NCBI GenBank assembly: GCA_040387855.1
Contig: JAZKCY010000001.1
Coordinates: forward strand, 104,396-168,395
Source: Patescibacteria group bacterium
Lineage (GTDB): Bacteria > Patescibacteriota > Minisyncoccia > Phycocordibacterales > JAKAEA01
Direction: 5' to 3'
Length of the DNA: 64,000 bases
Shown here: positions 9,608 through 19,171 of the stretch, one piece after another
Layout: each line of letters opens with the position of its first letter
Position numbering within the stretch: position 1 is the first letter of the stretch
Notes under the pieces: model-generated
The model's input: only the letters and a program-made list of their open reading frames with translations
The model's database searches: none
What the model was told of the DNA's origin: nothing
Made by a program: the position numbers and the translations under genes

Positions 9608-12184
9608 TTGAGAATATCTTTTATGAAAGCATTATTATCCCGCATAGGAATTAGCCTTCTCATATGCGCTTTTGTTGTTGGTCCACTTAATGTTGGGCAA
9701 GCACAAACTGTTGATGTACCAGCTCCCGTAGCTAGCTTTGTCACAATTCCAAGTGCTGTGCTTAGACTTGAATACAATAGTGCACAAATGGATCCTTCAT
9801 TAGTTGCAACTTTTAAAATTATTGTTAACTCAGGATCTCAAGAAAGAAAAGTATATGAGACTGGTTTTGCAGATCAGCTTATATTTATGAAGACAGGTAA
9901 TTGGGTAAATGCAAATTCATATAGTCGAACGGTAACTCCTCCAGCAAATGTTACAAAGACTCAAGACCAGTACGGAAGAACTATCTTTACTATTCCAGCA
10001 AATCAACAAGCAGAGTTTACACAAGTTACAAAATATAATCCGAAGCAGCTTTTTGCGGGAAGATACTATGCGAAGATTGCTAATGTGTATGCGCCAGCAA
10101 GTACTTCAGGTACCGATGACTATTTTTCTGCACCTGTAAATAAATCAAATGAAGTAACTATTGTTGGAGAAGTTTCTCCATACATTGATTTTGTTCATGT
10201 TGGTAACAATGCTGTGTCTATCAACGGTCAGCGTTTTGCTCGATTCGAAAATCAAGTATTAATTGATGGAGTAGTGCTCTACGGAAAACGACCTTCATTA
10301 GGAAATAAAGGAGCAGCTGTTTCATTTAATTATGTAGGAGCAAAGCTTACGCCTGGACGTCATTCTATTGCAATCAATCATCCAGTGACCGGAAGAAGTA
10401 ATACTATGTGGTTTGAAATTCCTGGAACAGTACCTACTAATCCTACAATACCGGGATGTCCTACAGGAGCGATGTATAATTCTCTTACAGGTGCTCCTTG
10501 CGTGCCTTCTACAACAGGTGTAATTACAGTAAGTCTTGATGCAGGTACTCCTTCAATAACAACTCACACAGTACATTCAGTATATGGCGCACAAGGTGTA
10601 GAAATGCAGAAGTTTGCAGCACGAGCTGTAAATGCTGATACAAAATTTATTTCTACAGGTGTTAGCTTCACGGGAGAGATTCCAACTGCTGTGTATCTCT
10701 ATGATGGAAATACTCTTATTGATTCACGATCAGGAGCAGCAAACGTTACATTTAATTTCCCTACATCAAACATTGTAATTGCAAAAGATACAACTCGAGT
10801 ATTCACTATTAAAGCAGATTTTGCTCCTACTACAGCAAATGGAGCTACATCAAAAAGTGTAGTTACGTCAGCACAATATTTAAGTGATACAATCATTACG
10901 ATCCCTACTGCTGGAGTGACTGGAAATGTACAAAACTTTACAAGTTCAACAACTGGATCACAGGCAAATCTTACCTTTGTATCTGGAACTGCTTCAACAT
11001 TAACAAGTATATCAACAGGTGAGACAAGTGCAGTTACAGGTACAATTGCATTTAAAGTAAAGCCTGTAGGAGGATCAGCTGCAATTCCTTCAACATCTGA
11101 TTTTGAATTAAAACTTAATTCTTCAGCATATTCTCCAATCACAATTACAAACAAGACCGTCACTATGACGAGTGCAACTGGAGCTGCAACGGGAAGTATT
11201 CTCGCTGAAGGAAGTGAATACACAATTCAGGTAACTGGTGTAATTCAACCTTTTGCAATCCCTGTGACTGGTATCTCAACCGGATATTTTTCTCTCACAA
11301 GTACAAAGTTTACTGTTGGTGGAACTGTGGTAACTCAAACATCAGGACTCGAAAACTTTAAGACAAATAGTGTAACTGTTGTAAAATCAGGACCAATGCC
11401 AGAATCTTCTGTCACTGTTTTTTCACCAAATGGAGGTGAGAGTATAAATGGCAATACATCATTCGCAATCAAGTTTAAACCTATACCCGGAGTTCAACAC
11501 TTTGTAAATCTTATTGATGAATCAAATTCACCAAGTAATAAGGAGTATGATTTAAGATACTCTAATGGAAATGCTGTCATGGGGGAAACAACAGAACAGC
11601 AAACCTTTGTTGCTATTGTACCTCCTGGTTATAATATTACATCAGGAAATAAATTTAAGATTGAAGTTTGCGCAAATTTCAAATGTGATAAAAGTAATGA
11701 GTATTTTACTTTTACAACATCAAATGTAACTCCAGCACCTACAACTCCTACTATCACAGGTTACAGTTTGATTAATGCTGATACAGATCAAGTAATCGCT
11801 GGGTATGAAACTATCAGCAATGGGGTCACACTAAATCTTGCAACACTTCCTACAAAAAATCTCAACATCCGAGCAAATGTTGCCGGAGGAACTGCAAGTG
11901 TTAAATTCACCACATCAGGTGCACAGTCATCAACCTATACAGAGAGTGGAGCGCCATTTGCTCTAAAAGGCGATACCAATGGTAATTATCTCCCTTGGAC
12001 ACCTATTGCTGGCACATACACTGTTATAGCTACTCCTTACAGCAAAATAAGCGCTCAGGGCACAGCTGGAACCGCGGTAGCACTTACATTTAAGGTTGTA
12101 ACTTCAACTACTACTGCTGCTGACTATAGTTTCAGCGAACAAGTGGCAAATATTGTGAATGCTCTCAATAATTTGTTTAGATAA
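9608..12184 (+). CDS. large secreted/surface protein (signal peptide; Thr/Ser/Val/Gly-rich beta-type repeats; Cys pairs)
   Basis: 858 aa with an N-terminal signal peptide (MKALLSRIGISLLICAFVVGPLNVGQA). Composition resembles an adhesin or S-layer protein. Confidence 0.5.
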   Translation: MRISFMKALLSRIGISLLICAFVVGPLNVGQAQTVDVPAPVASFVTIPSAVLRLEYNSAQMDPSLVATFKIIVNSGSQERKVYETGFADQLIFMKTGNWVNANSYSRTVTPPANVTKTQDQYGRTIFTIPANQQAEFTQVTKYNPKQLFAGRYYAKIANVYAPASTSGTDDYFSAPVNKSNEVTIVGEVSPYIDFVHVGNNAVSINGQRFARFENQVLIDGVVLYGKRPSLGNKGAAVSFNYVGAKLTPGRHSIAINHPVTGRSNTMWFEIPGTVPTNPTIPGCPTGAMYNSLTGAPCVPSTTGVITVSLDAGTPSITTHTVHSVYGAQGVEMQKFAARAVNADTKFISTGVSFTGEIPTAVYLYDGNTLIDSRSGAANVTFNFPTSNIVIAKDTTRVFTIKADFAPTTANGATSKSVVTSAQYLSDTIITIPTAGVTGNVQNFTSSTTGSQANLTFVSGTASTLTSISTGETSAVTGTIAFKVKPVGGSAAIPSTSDFELKLNSSAYSPITITNKTVTMTSATGAATGSILAEGSEYTIQVTGVIQPFAIPVTGISTGYFSLTSTKFTVGGTVVTQTSGLENFKTNSVTVVKSGPMPESSVTVFSPNGGESINGNTSFAIKFKPIPGVQHFVNLIDESNSPSNKEYDLRYSNGNAVMGETTEQQTFVAIVPPGYNITSGNKFKIEVCANFKCDKSNEYFTFTTSNVTPAPTTPTITGYSLINADTDQVIAGYETISNGVTLNLATLPTKNLNIRANVAGGTASVKFTTSGAQSSTYTESGAPFALKGDTNGNYLPWTPIAGTYTVIATPYSKISAQGTAGTAVALTFKVVTSTTTAADYSFSEQVANIVNALNNLFR

Positions 12185-12211
12185 ATTTTAGCTAGAATCT
12201 AAAGTTTGAAA

Positions 12212-12237
12212 GGCTCGTCTTTAAAGACGAGCTTTTC
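12212..12237 (+). terminator. rho-independent terminator
   Basis: GCTCGTCTT-TAA-AGACGAGC hairpin followed by TTTT. Confidence 0.6.
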
Positions 12238-12239
12238 AT

Positions 12240-12267
12240 TTGACATTATTTCCTGTTCTGCTACTAT
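12240..12267 (+). promoter_or_regulatory. sigma70-like promoter for tuf (TTGACA, 16-nt spacer, TACTAT)
   Basis: Hexamers and spacing read directly from the sequence. Confidence 0.45.
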
Positions 12268-12369
12268 GAGACCTATCGCATTTTTGCGTCGTTTTTTGTA
12301 TCTATCTTGGACAGTTTGGATGCAAAAGAATTAATAGTTAGTTCATTTATTACTTAATTTAATAATTTT

Positions 12370-13563
12370 ATGGCAGAAGTATTCGATCGCTCAAAACCAC
12401 ACGTTAACGTGGGTACTATCGGACACGTTGACCACGGAAAGACAACTCTTACCGCGGCTATTCTTAACGTGCTCGGTCTTTCAGGACAGACAGTTAAGAT
12501 GAAGAACGTTAATGATATCGACTCAGCGCCTGAAGAAAAGGCACGAGGTATTACTATTGCGCTCTCACACAATGAGTACTCAACAGTAAATCGACATTAC
12601 GCTCACATTGATGCTCCAGGTCACGCCGACTACATCAAGAACATGATTACTGGTGCCGCTCAAATGGACGGTGCTATCCTTGTAGTAGCAGCAACTGACG
12701 GAGTTATGCCACAGACACGAGAACACATTCTTCTTGCTCACCAGGTGGGTGTACCTAAGATTATCGTGTTCCTCAACAAAGTAGACATGGTTGATGACCA
12801 GGATCTTATTGACCTTGTTGAAGAAGAAGTCCGAGATCTTCTTACAAAAAATGATTACGACGGCAAAAATACTCCTATTATCCGAGGTTCAGGCCTTAAG
12901 GCTCTTGAAGCAAAGGATATTAATGATGAATGGGCACAGAAAGTTCTAGAACTTACAAAGACTTTGGATGAATTCATCCCTGTTCCTGTTCGAGACACAG
13001 AAAAGCCTTTCCTTATGCCAGTAGAAGACATCTTCTCTATTGAAGGACGAGGAACTGTGGTTACTGGAAAAATTGAACGAGGAATGATTAAGGTTGGAGA
13101 AGACGTAGAAATCGTTGGACTCAAGCCTACAGCAAAGACAACTGTTACTGGTATCGAAATGTTCAACAAGCAGTTGAATGAAGGTATGGCAGGAGACAAT
13201 GCCGGAATTCTCGTTCGAGGTCTTAAGAAAGAAGACATCACTCGAGGTCAGGTTCTTGCTAAGCCAGGATCTGTAGTTCCTCATACAGACTTCGAAGCAG
13301 AAGTATACATCTTGAAGAAAGAAGAAGGAGGTCGACACACTCCATTCTTTACAGGATACAAGCCACAGTTCTACATCCGAACAACTGACGTTACTGGAGA
13401 AGTAACACTCGCAGAAGGAGTAGAAATGGTTATGCCAGGAGATACAGTTACCTTTAAGGTAAAGCTTGTAGCACCAGTTGCTCTTGAAAACAACACACGA
13501 TTTGCTATCCGAGAAGGAGGAAAGACTGTGGGAGCGGGAGTTGTAACAAAGATCGTAGCATAA
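12370..13563 (+). CDS. tuf: elongation factor Tu
   Basis: [10 protein letters not shown] motif, 397 aa. Confidence 0.95.
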   Translation: MAEVFDRSKPHVNVGTIGHVDHGKTTLTAAILNVLGLSGQTVKMKNVNDIDSAPEEKARGITIALSHNEYSTVNRHYAHIDAPGHADYIKNMITGAAQMDGAILVVAATDGVMPQTREHILLAHQVGVPKIIVFLNKVDMVDDQDLIDLVEEEVRDLLTKNDYDGKNTPIIRGSGLKALEAKDINDEWAQKVLELTKTLDEFIPVPVRDTEKPFLMPVEDIFSIEGRGTVVTGKIERGMIKVGEDVEIVGLKPTAKTTVTGIEMFNKQLNEGMAGDNAGILVRGLKKEDITRGQVLAKPGSVVPHTDFEAEVYILKKEEGGRHTPFFTGYKPQFYIRTTDVTGEVTLAEGVEMVMPGDTVTFKVKLVAPVALENNTRFAIREGGKTVGAGVVTKIVA

Positions 13564-13616
13564 GTATAGGTTCGAGTTTCATATCGAAACTTGAAGTTCA
13601 TTAACAACAAAGCATC

Positions 13617-13979
13617 ATGACTGAAGCAACGACAAAAAAAACATCCCGAAAAGCAGCACCTAAGAAAGATGGTATTCAGCGACTACGTATTCGCGTACGA
13701 GCCTACGAATACAAGATTCTCGATGTATCTGTAAAACAAATTATGGATACAGCACTTCGTTATGATGCTCAGGTTGTTGGACCTATTCCACTTCCTACAG
13801 AAATCAAGAAGTACACCGTGAACCGATCTGCATTCGTATATAAGAACGCGCGAGAGCAGTTTGAAATGCGAACTCACAAGCGATTGATTGATATTATCAA
13901 TCCTTCAGCTAAGATCATTGAATCTCTTACCAACCTCAACTTGCCATCTGGCGTCAATATCGACGTTAAGATTATCTAA
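13617..13979 (+). CDS. rpsJ: 30S ribosomal protein S10 (with a short basic N-terminal extension)
   Basis: [13 protein letters not shown] core matches S10. Confidence 0.9.
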   Translation: MTEATTKKTSRKAAPKKDGIQRLRIRVRAYEYKILDVSVKQIMDTALRYDAQVVGPIPLPTEIKKYTVNRSAFVYKNAREQFEMRTHKRLIDIINPSAKIIESLTNLNLPSGVNIDVKII

Positions 13980-14001
13980 GGAGAGCTGTAAATAAACCGA
14001 C

Positions 14002-14622
14002 ATGAAATTTATTCTAGGAATAAAACAGAATATGACACAGCTCTTCAATACTGAGGGCAAGGTGCAGCCAGTAACAATCCTTTCAACAGGACCTGCTACT
14101 GTAACTCAAGTGAAGACACCAGAAACTGATGGTTATAAGGCTATTCAGGTTGGTTTTGGTGAGCGACACGAAAAGAATATCAACAAAGCTCAGAAAGGAC
14201 ATTTCAAAACTCTTGGAAATTTCCGATACGTAAAGGAATTTCGAATTAAGGGTGATGCTGCTCCTACATTTAATGTTGGAGACAAGATTGATCTTGCATC
14301 TTTCAAAGAAGGTGATGTTGTTACTATCTCAGCTGTTACAAAAGGTAAAGGTTTCCAGGGTGTAGTGAAGCGACACGGATTCGGTGGAGGTCCACGATCA
14401 CACGGTCAGAAGCACTCTGAACGAGAGCCAGGATCTATTTCTGGAGGAACTCGAAACGGAGGACGTGTGCCCCTAGGTATGCGAATGGCAGGCCGAATGG
14501 GATCTGATCGCGTTACTATTAAGAATCTCAAAATTGCTCAGATCAATGCTGAAGCAGGTTTGATTGCACTTCAAGGAGCAATCCCAGGTCGACGAGGTAC
14601 TCTTGTTGAAATCCGAGGATAA
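14002..14622 (+). CDS. rplC: 50S ribosomal protein L3
   Basis: L3 family protein at the expected S10-operon position. Confidence 0.9.
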   Translation: MKFILGIKQNMTQLFNTEGKVQPVTILSTGPATVTQVKTPETDGYKAIQVGFGERHEKNINKAQKGHFKTLGNFRYVKEFRIKGDAAPTFNVGDKIDLASFKEGDVVTISAVTKGKGFQGVVKRHGFGGGPRSHGQKHSEREPGSISGGTRNGGRVPLGMRMAGRMGSDRVTIKNLKIAQINAEAGLIALQGAIPGRRGTLVEIRG

Positions 14623-14642
14623 TCTTTCTCTAATCAAAATTT

Positions 14643-15296
14643 ATGAAAACAAAAATTTACAACATAAAAGGCGAAGAGAAAGGTGACTTCACACTTCCTG
14701 AAGATATCTTTTCTACTCCGTGGAATGCTGACTTAGTTCACCAAGTTGTGACATCTATGATGTCTAATGCACGAAATCCTATTGCTCATGCAAAGACTCG
14801 AGCAGAAGTACGAGGAGGAGGTAAGAAGCCTTGGCAGCAGAAAGGTCTTGGTCGCGCACGACACGGTTCTACTCGATCACCTATCTGGGTAGGTGGAGGT
14901 GTTGCACACGGACCACGAAATGATAAGAACTTTGATCGAAAGATCAATCGAAAGATGAAAGCAAAGGCTCTCTTTGCAATCCTTTCAAAGAAATTTAAGG
15001 ACAATGAAATTCTTTTTGTTGATTCACTTGAATTAGCAGCTCCAAAGACAACTGAAGCTCTTACTGTTATGAAGTCACTAAGTGGTATCAAGGGATACGA
15101 GCGACTTACACAGAAGCGAACAAATGCAGCATTTATCGCCCTTCCTGGAAAGAGTGTTGCAACTGAAAAGAGTTTCAATAACTTTGGAAACGTAGAAGTA
15201 GGAGATGTACGAAATCTCAATCCTCTCCATGTATTGAATTATAAATTCCTAGTGATTGCTAATCCAGAAGAATCTCTTAAAACTCTCACTAAATAA
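14643..15296 (+). CDS. rplD: 50S ribosomal protein L4
   Basis: L4 family protein at the expected operon position. Confidence 0.9.
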   Translation: MKTKIYNIKGEEKGDFTLPEDIFSTPWNADLVHQVVTSMMSNARNPIAHAKTRAEVRGGGKKPWQQKGLGRARHGSTRSPIWVGGGVAHGPRNDKNFDRKINRKMKAKALFAILSKKFKDNEILFVDSLELAAPKTTEALTVMKSLSGIKGYERLTQKRTNAAFIALPGKSVATEKSFNNFGNVEVGDVRNLNPLHVLNYKFLVIANPEESLKTLTK

Positions 15297-15307
15297 TTAC
15301 TACAAAC

Positions 15308-15679
15308 ATGGCATTATTTGGATCAAAAAAGAAAACAGAAGCAAAGAAAGACGTAGCTGAAACAAAAGCAGTTGCAACAGTTGATGCTACTCGAGTTGGA
15401 TCACGAAGTCTTTCTCACATCATTAAGCGACCTCGAATTACAGAAAAAGCTTCTGTAATGTCAGAACTTGGAGTATATACATTTGAAGTATCATCAGATT
15501 CAACAAAGAAAACTATTGCTGAAGCTGTAAAGGGACTCTACAATGTAACTCCTGTTAAAGTGACAGTTTCATCTGTACCTGCAAAGAAGGTCTTTGTACG
15601 AGGAAAGTGGGGGATCAAGAAGGGAGCAAAGAAGGCATATGTGTTCCTTAAGAAAGGAGACACTATCGAGTTTGTATAA
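15308..15679 (+). CDS. rplW: 50S ribosomal protein L23 (with N-terminal extension)
   Basis: L23 core plus an N-terminal extension, at the expected operon position. Confidence 0.85.
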   Translation: MALFGSKKKTEAKKDVAETKAVATVDATRVGSRSLSHIIKRPRITEKASVMSELGVYTFEVSSDSTKKTIAEAVKGLYNVTPVKVTVSSVPAKKVFVRGKWGIKKGAKKAYVFLKKGDTIEFV

Positions 15680-15726
15680 TAATAAAAACCTAAGGGACCA
15701 GGACACCCGATATACCTGCGAACACC

Positions 15727-16578
15727 ATGAAAACATACCGACCAACAACAAAATCACGCCGAAATATGACCTCCATCAACTATGGAGACTATTTAACAGC
15801 GTCAGAACCACAGAAGTCACTTACTCATGGTTTCAAGCGATCAGTAGGACGCAACCATCATGGTAAAGTAACAACTCGACATAAGGGTTCAGGCCACAAG
15901 CGACTCTATCGAGATGTTGATTTCTCATACAACAAGTATGAAATCCCTGCAAAGATTGCAACTATCGAATATGATCCAAACCGAACAGGATTTATTGCAC
16001 TTGCAGTATATGCAGACGGAGAAAAGCGATACATTCTCGCTCCAAAATCAATGCGAGTAGGAGATACTTTCATTGTATCTGAGAAGGCAGATGTAAAGCC
16101 TGGAAACAGACTTCCATTAAGCAAAATCCCTGTAGGAACATTTGTATATAACGTAGAATTAAAGAAGAACGGAGGAGCAAAGATTGCTCGATCAGCAGGA
16201 AACTTCGTAGAAGTGATCGGTCATGATGCAGGATTTGCATTCATCAAAATGCCTTCAAGTGAAGTTCGACGAGTTGTTGATACAGGATTTGCATCAGTAG
16301 GAACCGTATCAAACGATGAAAACCGACTTGTTAATCTTGGAAAAGCGGGACGAAGTCGATGGTTGGGAATTCGACCAACAGTTCGAGGTACTGCCATGAA
16401 CCCAGTAGACCACCCATACGGAGGAGGAGAAGGACGACAGGGACGAGGAACTCGACGAGCAAAGTCTGTATACGGAAAGCCAACAGGAAAGGGACAGAAG
16501 TCACGACGAGCAAAGAAGTACTCAAACGTCTTCATTGTTTCTCGACGAAAAGTTGGAAAGAAGAAGGACAACAAATAA
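15727..16578 (+). CDS. rplB: 50S ribosomal protein L2
   Basis: 283 aa with an intact C-terminus, L2 family. Confidence 0.95.
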   Translation: MKTYRPTTKSRRNMTSINYGDYLTASEPQKSLTHGFKRSVGRNHHGKVTTRHKGSGHKRLYRDVDFSYNKYEIPAKIATIEYDPNRTGFIALAVYADGEKRYILAPKSMRVGDTFIVSEKADVKPGNRLPLSKIPVGTFVYNVELKKNGGAKIARSAGNFVEVIGHDAGFAFIKMPSSEVRRVVDTGFASVGTVSNDENRLVNLGKAGRSRWLGIRPTVRGTAMNPVDHPYGGGEGRQGRGTRRAKSVYGKPTGKGQKSRRAKKYSNVFIVSRRKVGKKKDNK

Positions 16579-16591
16579 TACTCCATACAAA

Positions 16592-16620
16592 AATCCCCAC
16601 CATCTGGTTGGGGTTTTTTG
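16592..16620 (+). terminator. rho-independent terminator immediately after rplB
   Basis: CCCCACC-ATCT-GGTTGGGG hairpin followed by TTTTTTG. Confidence 0.65.
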
Positions 16621-16624
16621 TTTG

Positions 16625-16652
16625 TTGACAAAACACAGAAATACTATATAAC
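16625..16652 (+). promoter_or_regulatory. sigma70-like promoter (TTGACA, 16-nt spacer, TATAAC) upstream of the MYG1 gene
   Basis: Hexamers read directly from the sequence. Confidence 0.45.
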
Positions 16653-16706
16653 TACGCACAGAATCCAGCTCGCGTGAGTATGGAAGGGGAGACACATGTT
16701 TAAAAC

Positions 16707-17618
16707 ATGGGAGAACTCGTGAACGACAAGCTTCCGATTCGTTGGTCAGGCGAGAAGCTGGTGGCATGCACTCACAGCGGACGGTTTCATGGTGATGAAA
16801 TCCATGCTGCCGGCGTCTTGGCTGCCCGCGGCATGGTTAACGAGTTTCGGCGGAGCCGAGACCCTGCAGTGCTCGCCACGTGTGATCTGCGTTTCGACGT
16901 GGGCTACATGTACGATTCAGCCACTATGGACTTCGACCACCATCAAGACGGTGGAGCCGGTGTTCGGGACAACGGTGTGCCGTATGCATCGGCCGGGCTT
17001 ATCTGGGCTCACTTCGGCCATGAGTTGTGCAACGACGATGCCGAGGTACATGCAGAGGTCGACAGGATCCTGTTCCAGCCGATCGACGCACGGGATGTGG
17101 GCTACGACAAGCACATCAAGGCTGGCCAGGGGCTCGTCTACGGCATTTCCGACGACATCCGTCGTCGCAACCCGCCGCCGTTTAGTGACGTAAATTCGGA
17201 CGCTGTCTTCTTAGAGGTGGTGGAGGAGGCCAGGCGTCGTATTGTCGCGGAAGTCGCACTCGTGACGACCGATCTCCGGATCATTCCTCCGTATATCGAG
17301 CGAATGCTCGCTGTTGCGGATACGCCGGGGCTGCTCGTGCTCGACATCGCCTACGACTGGCCCAAGGTTATGCAGAAGTACGCCCCGAACATCTCGGTGA
17401 TCGTCTTTCCGAGCGAAGACGAGAGCGGCTGGAGAGTTCAGTCGGTCAACCTGCAGAAGAGACCGTTGCCTCGTTTATGGGCTGGCAAAAACGGCGCGGA
17501 CATGGTGAAAGCCTCGGGTGTGGCAGACGCACAGTTCTGCAACGCTAAGGGTTATCTCGCCAGTGCCCAAAGCATGGAAGGCGCCGTGGCTTTAGCAGAA
17601 ATCGTGCTTCGAATATAG
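16707..17618 (+). CDS. MYG1/UPF0160-family metal-dependent hydrolase (3'-5' exonuclease-type), high GC (about 59%)
   Basis: Contains CTHSGRFHGDE, RSRDP, CDLRFDVG, DHHQ and SAGLIWAHFGH, matching the conserved MYG1 motifs across the full length. Composition is foreign relative to the surrounding ribosomal-protein genes. Confidence 0.85.
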   Translation: MGELVNDKLPIRWSGEKLVACTHSGRFHGDEIHAAGVLAARGMVNEFRRSRDPAVLATCDLRFDVGYMYDSATMDFDHHQDGGAGVRDNGVPYASAGLIWAHFGHELCNDDAEVHAEVDRILFQPIDARDVGYDKHIKAGQGLVYGISDDIRRRNPPPFSDVNSDAVFLEVVEEARRRIVAEVALVTTDLRIIPPYIERMLAVADTPGLLVLDIAYDWPKVMQKYAPNISVIVFPSEDESGWRVQSVNLQKRPLPRLWAGKNGADMVKASGVADAQFCNAKGYLASAQSMEGAVALAEIVLRI

Positions 17619-17619
17619 G

Positions 17620-17655
17620 AGGAGATCGACTCGTCGGTCTTGCTCCTTTTTTTTA
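17620..17655 (+). terminator. rho-independent terminator after the high-GC MYG1 gene
   Basis: GGAGATCGAC...GTCGGTCTTGCTCC imperfect hairpin followed by T8. Confidence 0.5.
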
Positions 17656-17681
17656 TACCTCTACAGTGATACGATATATCT

Positions 17682-18629
17682 ATGTTTACTACTATCTACA
17701 TTCCCACAAGAATTCAAAACGATACTGCATCAGCAATTTTTATATTAAAGAAATATGGCCGAGAAAAATTTCCAGGGATTGAAAACGCAAAGATAGAAAT
17801 TAGATCTGTTATACCTGTAGGTTTTACTGAAGAAGCTTTGGAAAAAGAGGGGATAGTACTTGTTGATATTGGAAAGGGTAAATTTGATCACCATGGCTCA
17901 GAAGTACAAATTACTTCAACCGATCTCGTATGTAAATTCTTGGGTGTTATAGATAATCCAGCATTAGAAAAGCTTCGAAAATATGTGGAGCGATGTGACT
18001 TTTTTGGTAAAGGCATTATTTCAAATGATCCATTAGATAGAGCTTTTGGATTGCCAGGGCTCCTTATAAATTTAAATAAAAAGCATAACTCAGAGCCAAA
18101 TTCTGTGTACCCAATAATTGCCGAACTTTTTGATGCTCACGTTTTAGAAGAAGAACAGCGTACAGTAGGGTTACCAAAAGAAGTTGAAGAAAAAACCACA
18201 GCTGGATTGGTGGATATATTTAGCCTCAAGCATCATGGCAAAAATATTAAGTGCATCTATATTGCTTCAGATAATATCAGCCTTTCAGGATACCTTCGTT
18301 CTCAAATGGGCGGAGCATATGATGTTGCGATTATTCATATGAGCACAGGACATATAAATATTATGACTCGTCCTGCCAAGCGTGTTGATTTACATGCTCT
18401 CATTGCTGTCATACGCCGCTCAGAGCTTATGAAACGTGGTGACGTGAAGCTCTACACCAATGATCTTCTTTCTCAGACAGGCCGCTTTGATAAGGTCCCT
18501 CAGTGGTATTATGATCCTGCTACAAACTCACTTCAAAACGGAGGGATCAATCCAGGGCAAATAGAAAAGACTGTACTCTCTCGAAAAGAAATAATTGAAT
18601 TGGTGAAAGTGGGATTGGGAGATAGATAA
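17682..18629 (+). CDS. divergent MYG1-like paralog (low GC); the N-terminal His/Asp metal motif is not conserved
   Basis: VLVDIGKGKFDHHG aligns to the DVG..DHHQ region of the upstream MYG1, but the THxGxFHxDE block reads TRIQNDTASA. Confidence 0.5.
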   Translation: MFTTIYIPTRIQNDTASAIFILKKYGREKFPGIENAKIEIRSVIPVGFTEEALEKEGIVLVDIGKGKFDHHGSEVQITSTDLVCKFLGVIDNPALEKLRKYVERCDFFGKGIISNDPLDRAFGLPGLLINLNKKHNSEPNSVYPIIAELFDAHVLEEEQRTVGLPKEVEEKTTAGLVDIFSLKHHGKNIKCIYIASDNISLSGYLRSQMGGAYDVAIIHMSTGHINIMTRPAKRVDLHALIAVIRRSELMKRGDVKLYTNDLLSQTGRFDKVPQWYYDPATNSLQNGGINPGQIEKTVLSRKEIIELVKVGLGDR

Positions 18630-18637
18630 TATTTTTT

Positions 18638-19087
18638 ATGATTATAGAACCAGATCAGCACTATTATGAAAATGGGAAATATGTGTGGACTCCTGAAAAA
18701 AGGGCTGCTGCGTGGGAAAAATGTTTTACTGTTTTAGAACAAGAAGCGACATCTGGAAAATTTAAAAAGATAGTGATGCTTATTGGCATTCCAGGAGCAG
18801 GGAAGAGTACCTACACTAAAGCTCATGATAGTGAGTCTACTATTATATTTGATGGAGTCTTTGTAAATCCGAAAGAACGGGAACGAGCTATTACTATTGC
18901 ACATTCAACAGGCCTTCCGATTGAAGGGGTGTGGCTTAATACACCTTTAGAAATATGTTTGGAAAGAAATGCTCAAAGAACTGATGATAGAAAGGTACGG
19001 GAGGATCATGTAACTATGATGTATGAGAATTTACAGAAAAATAAGCCTCGTTTAGAAGAGGGATATACGACATTTATAGAGCAATAA
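18638..19087 (+). CDS. small P-loop NTPase/kinase (AAA_33 / polynucleotide-kinase-like)
   Basis: 149 aa with Walker A GIPGAGKST, a downstream D/R-rich lid, and a size and architecture resembling Pnk/zeta-type kinase domains. Confidence 0.55.
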   Translation: MIIEPDQHYYENGKYVWTPEKRAAAWEKCFTVLEQEATSGKFKKIVMLIGIPGAGKSTYTKAHDSESTIIFDGVFVNPKERERAITIAHSTGLPIEGVWLNTPLEICLERNAQRTDDRKVREDHVTMMYENLQKNKPRLEEGYTTFIEQ

Positions 19088-19093
19088 AGACAC

Positions 19094-19121
19094 TTGACAA
19101 TATATATAGCTGTGCTATAAT
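19094..19121 (+). promoter_or_regulatory. consensus sigma70 promoter (TTGACA, 16-nt spacer, TATAAT) for the 19172 gene
   Basis: Perfect hexamers read directly from the sequence. Confidence 0.55.
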
Positions 19122-19171
19122 ATACACCGTACCAGTTCCGTCAGTTTTCACCTACTAGAAAGGGTCATTCC

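Noticed and set aside
12855-13338. Two minus-strand ORFs (128 and 130 aa) inside tuf
   Set aside because: They are antisense to a highly conserved EF-Tu gene and are spurious.
16789-17347. Alternative-frame and antisense ORFs (16789-17193, 16917-17114, 17138-17347) inside the MYG1 gene
   Set aside because: They overlap a gene with a full-length match to the MYG1 motif set. They are by-products of high GC content.
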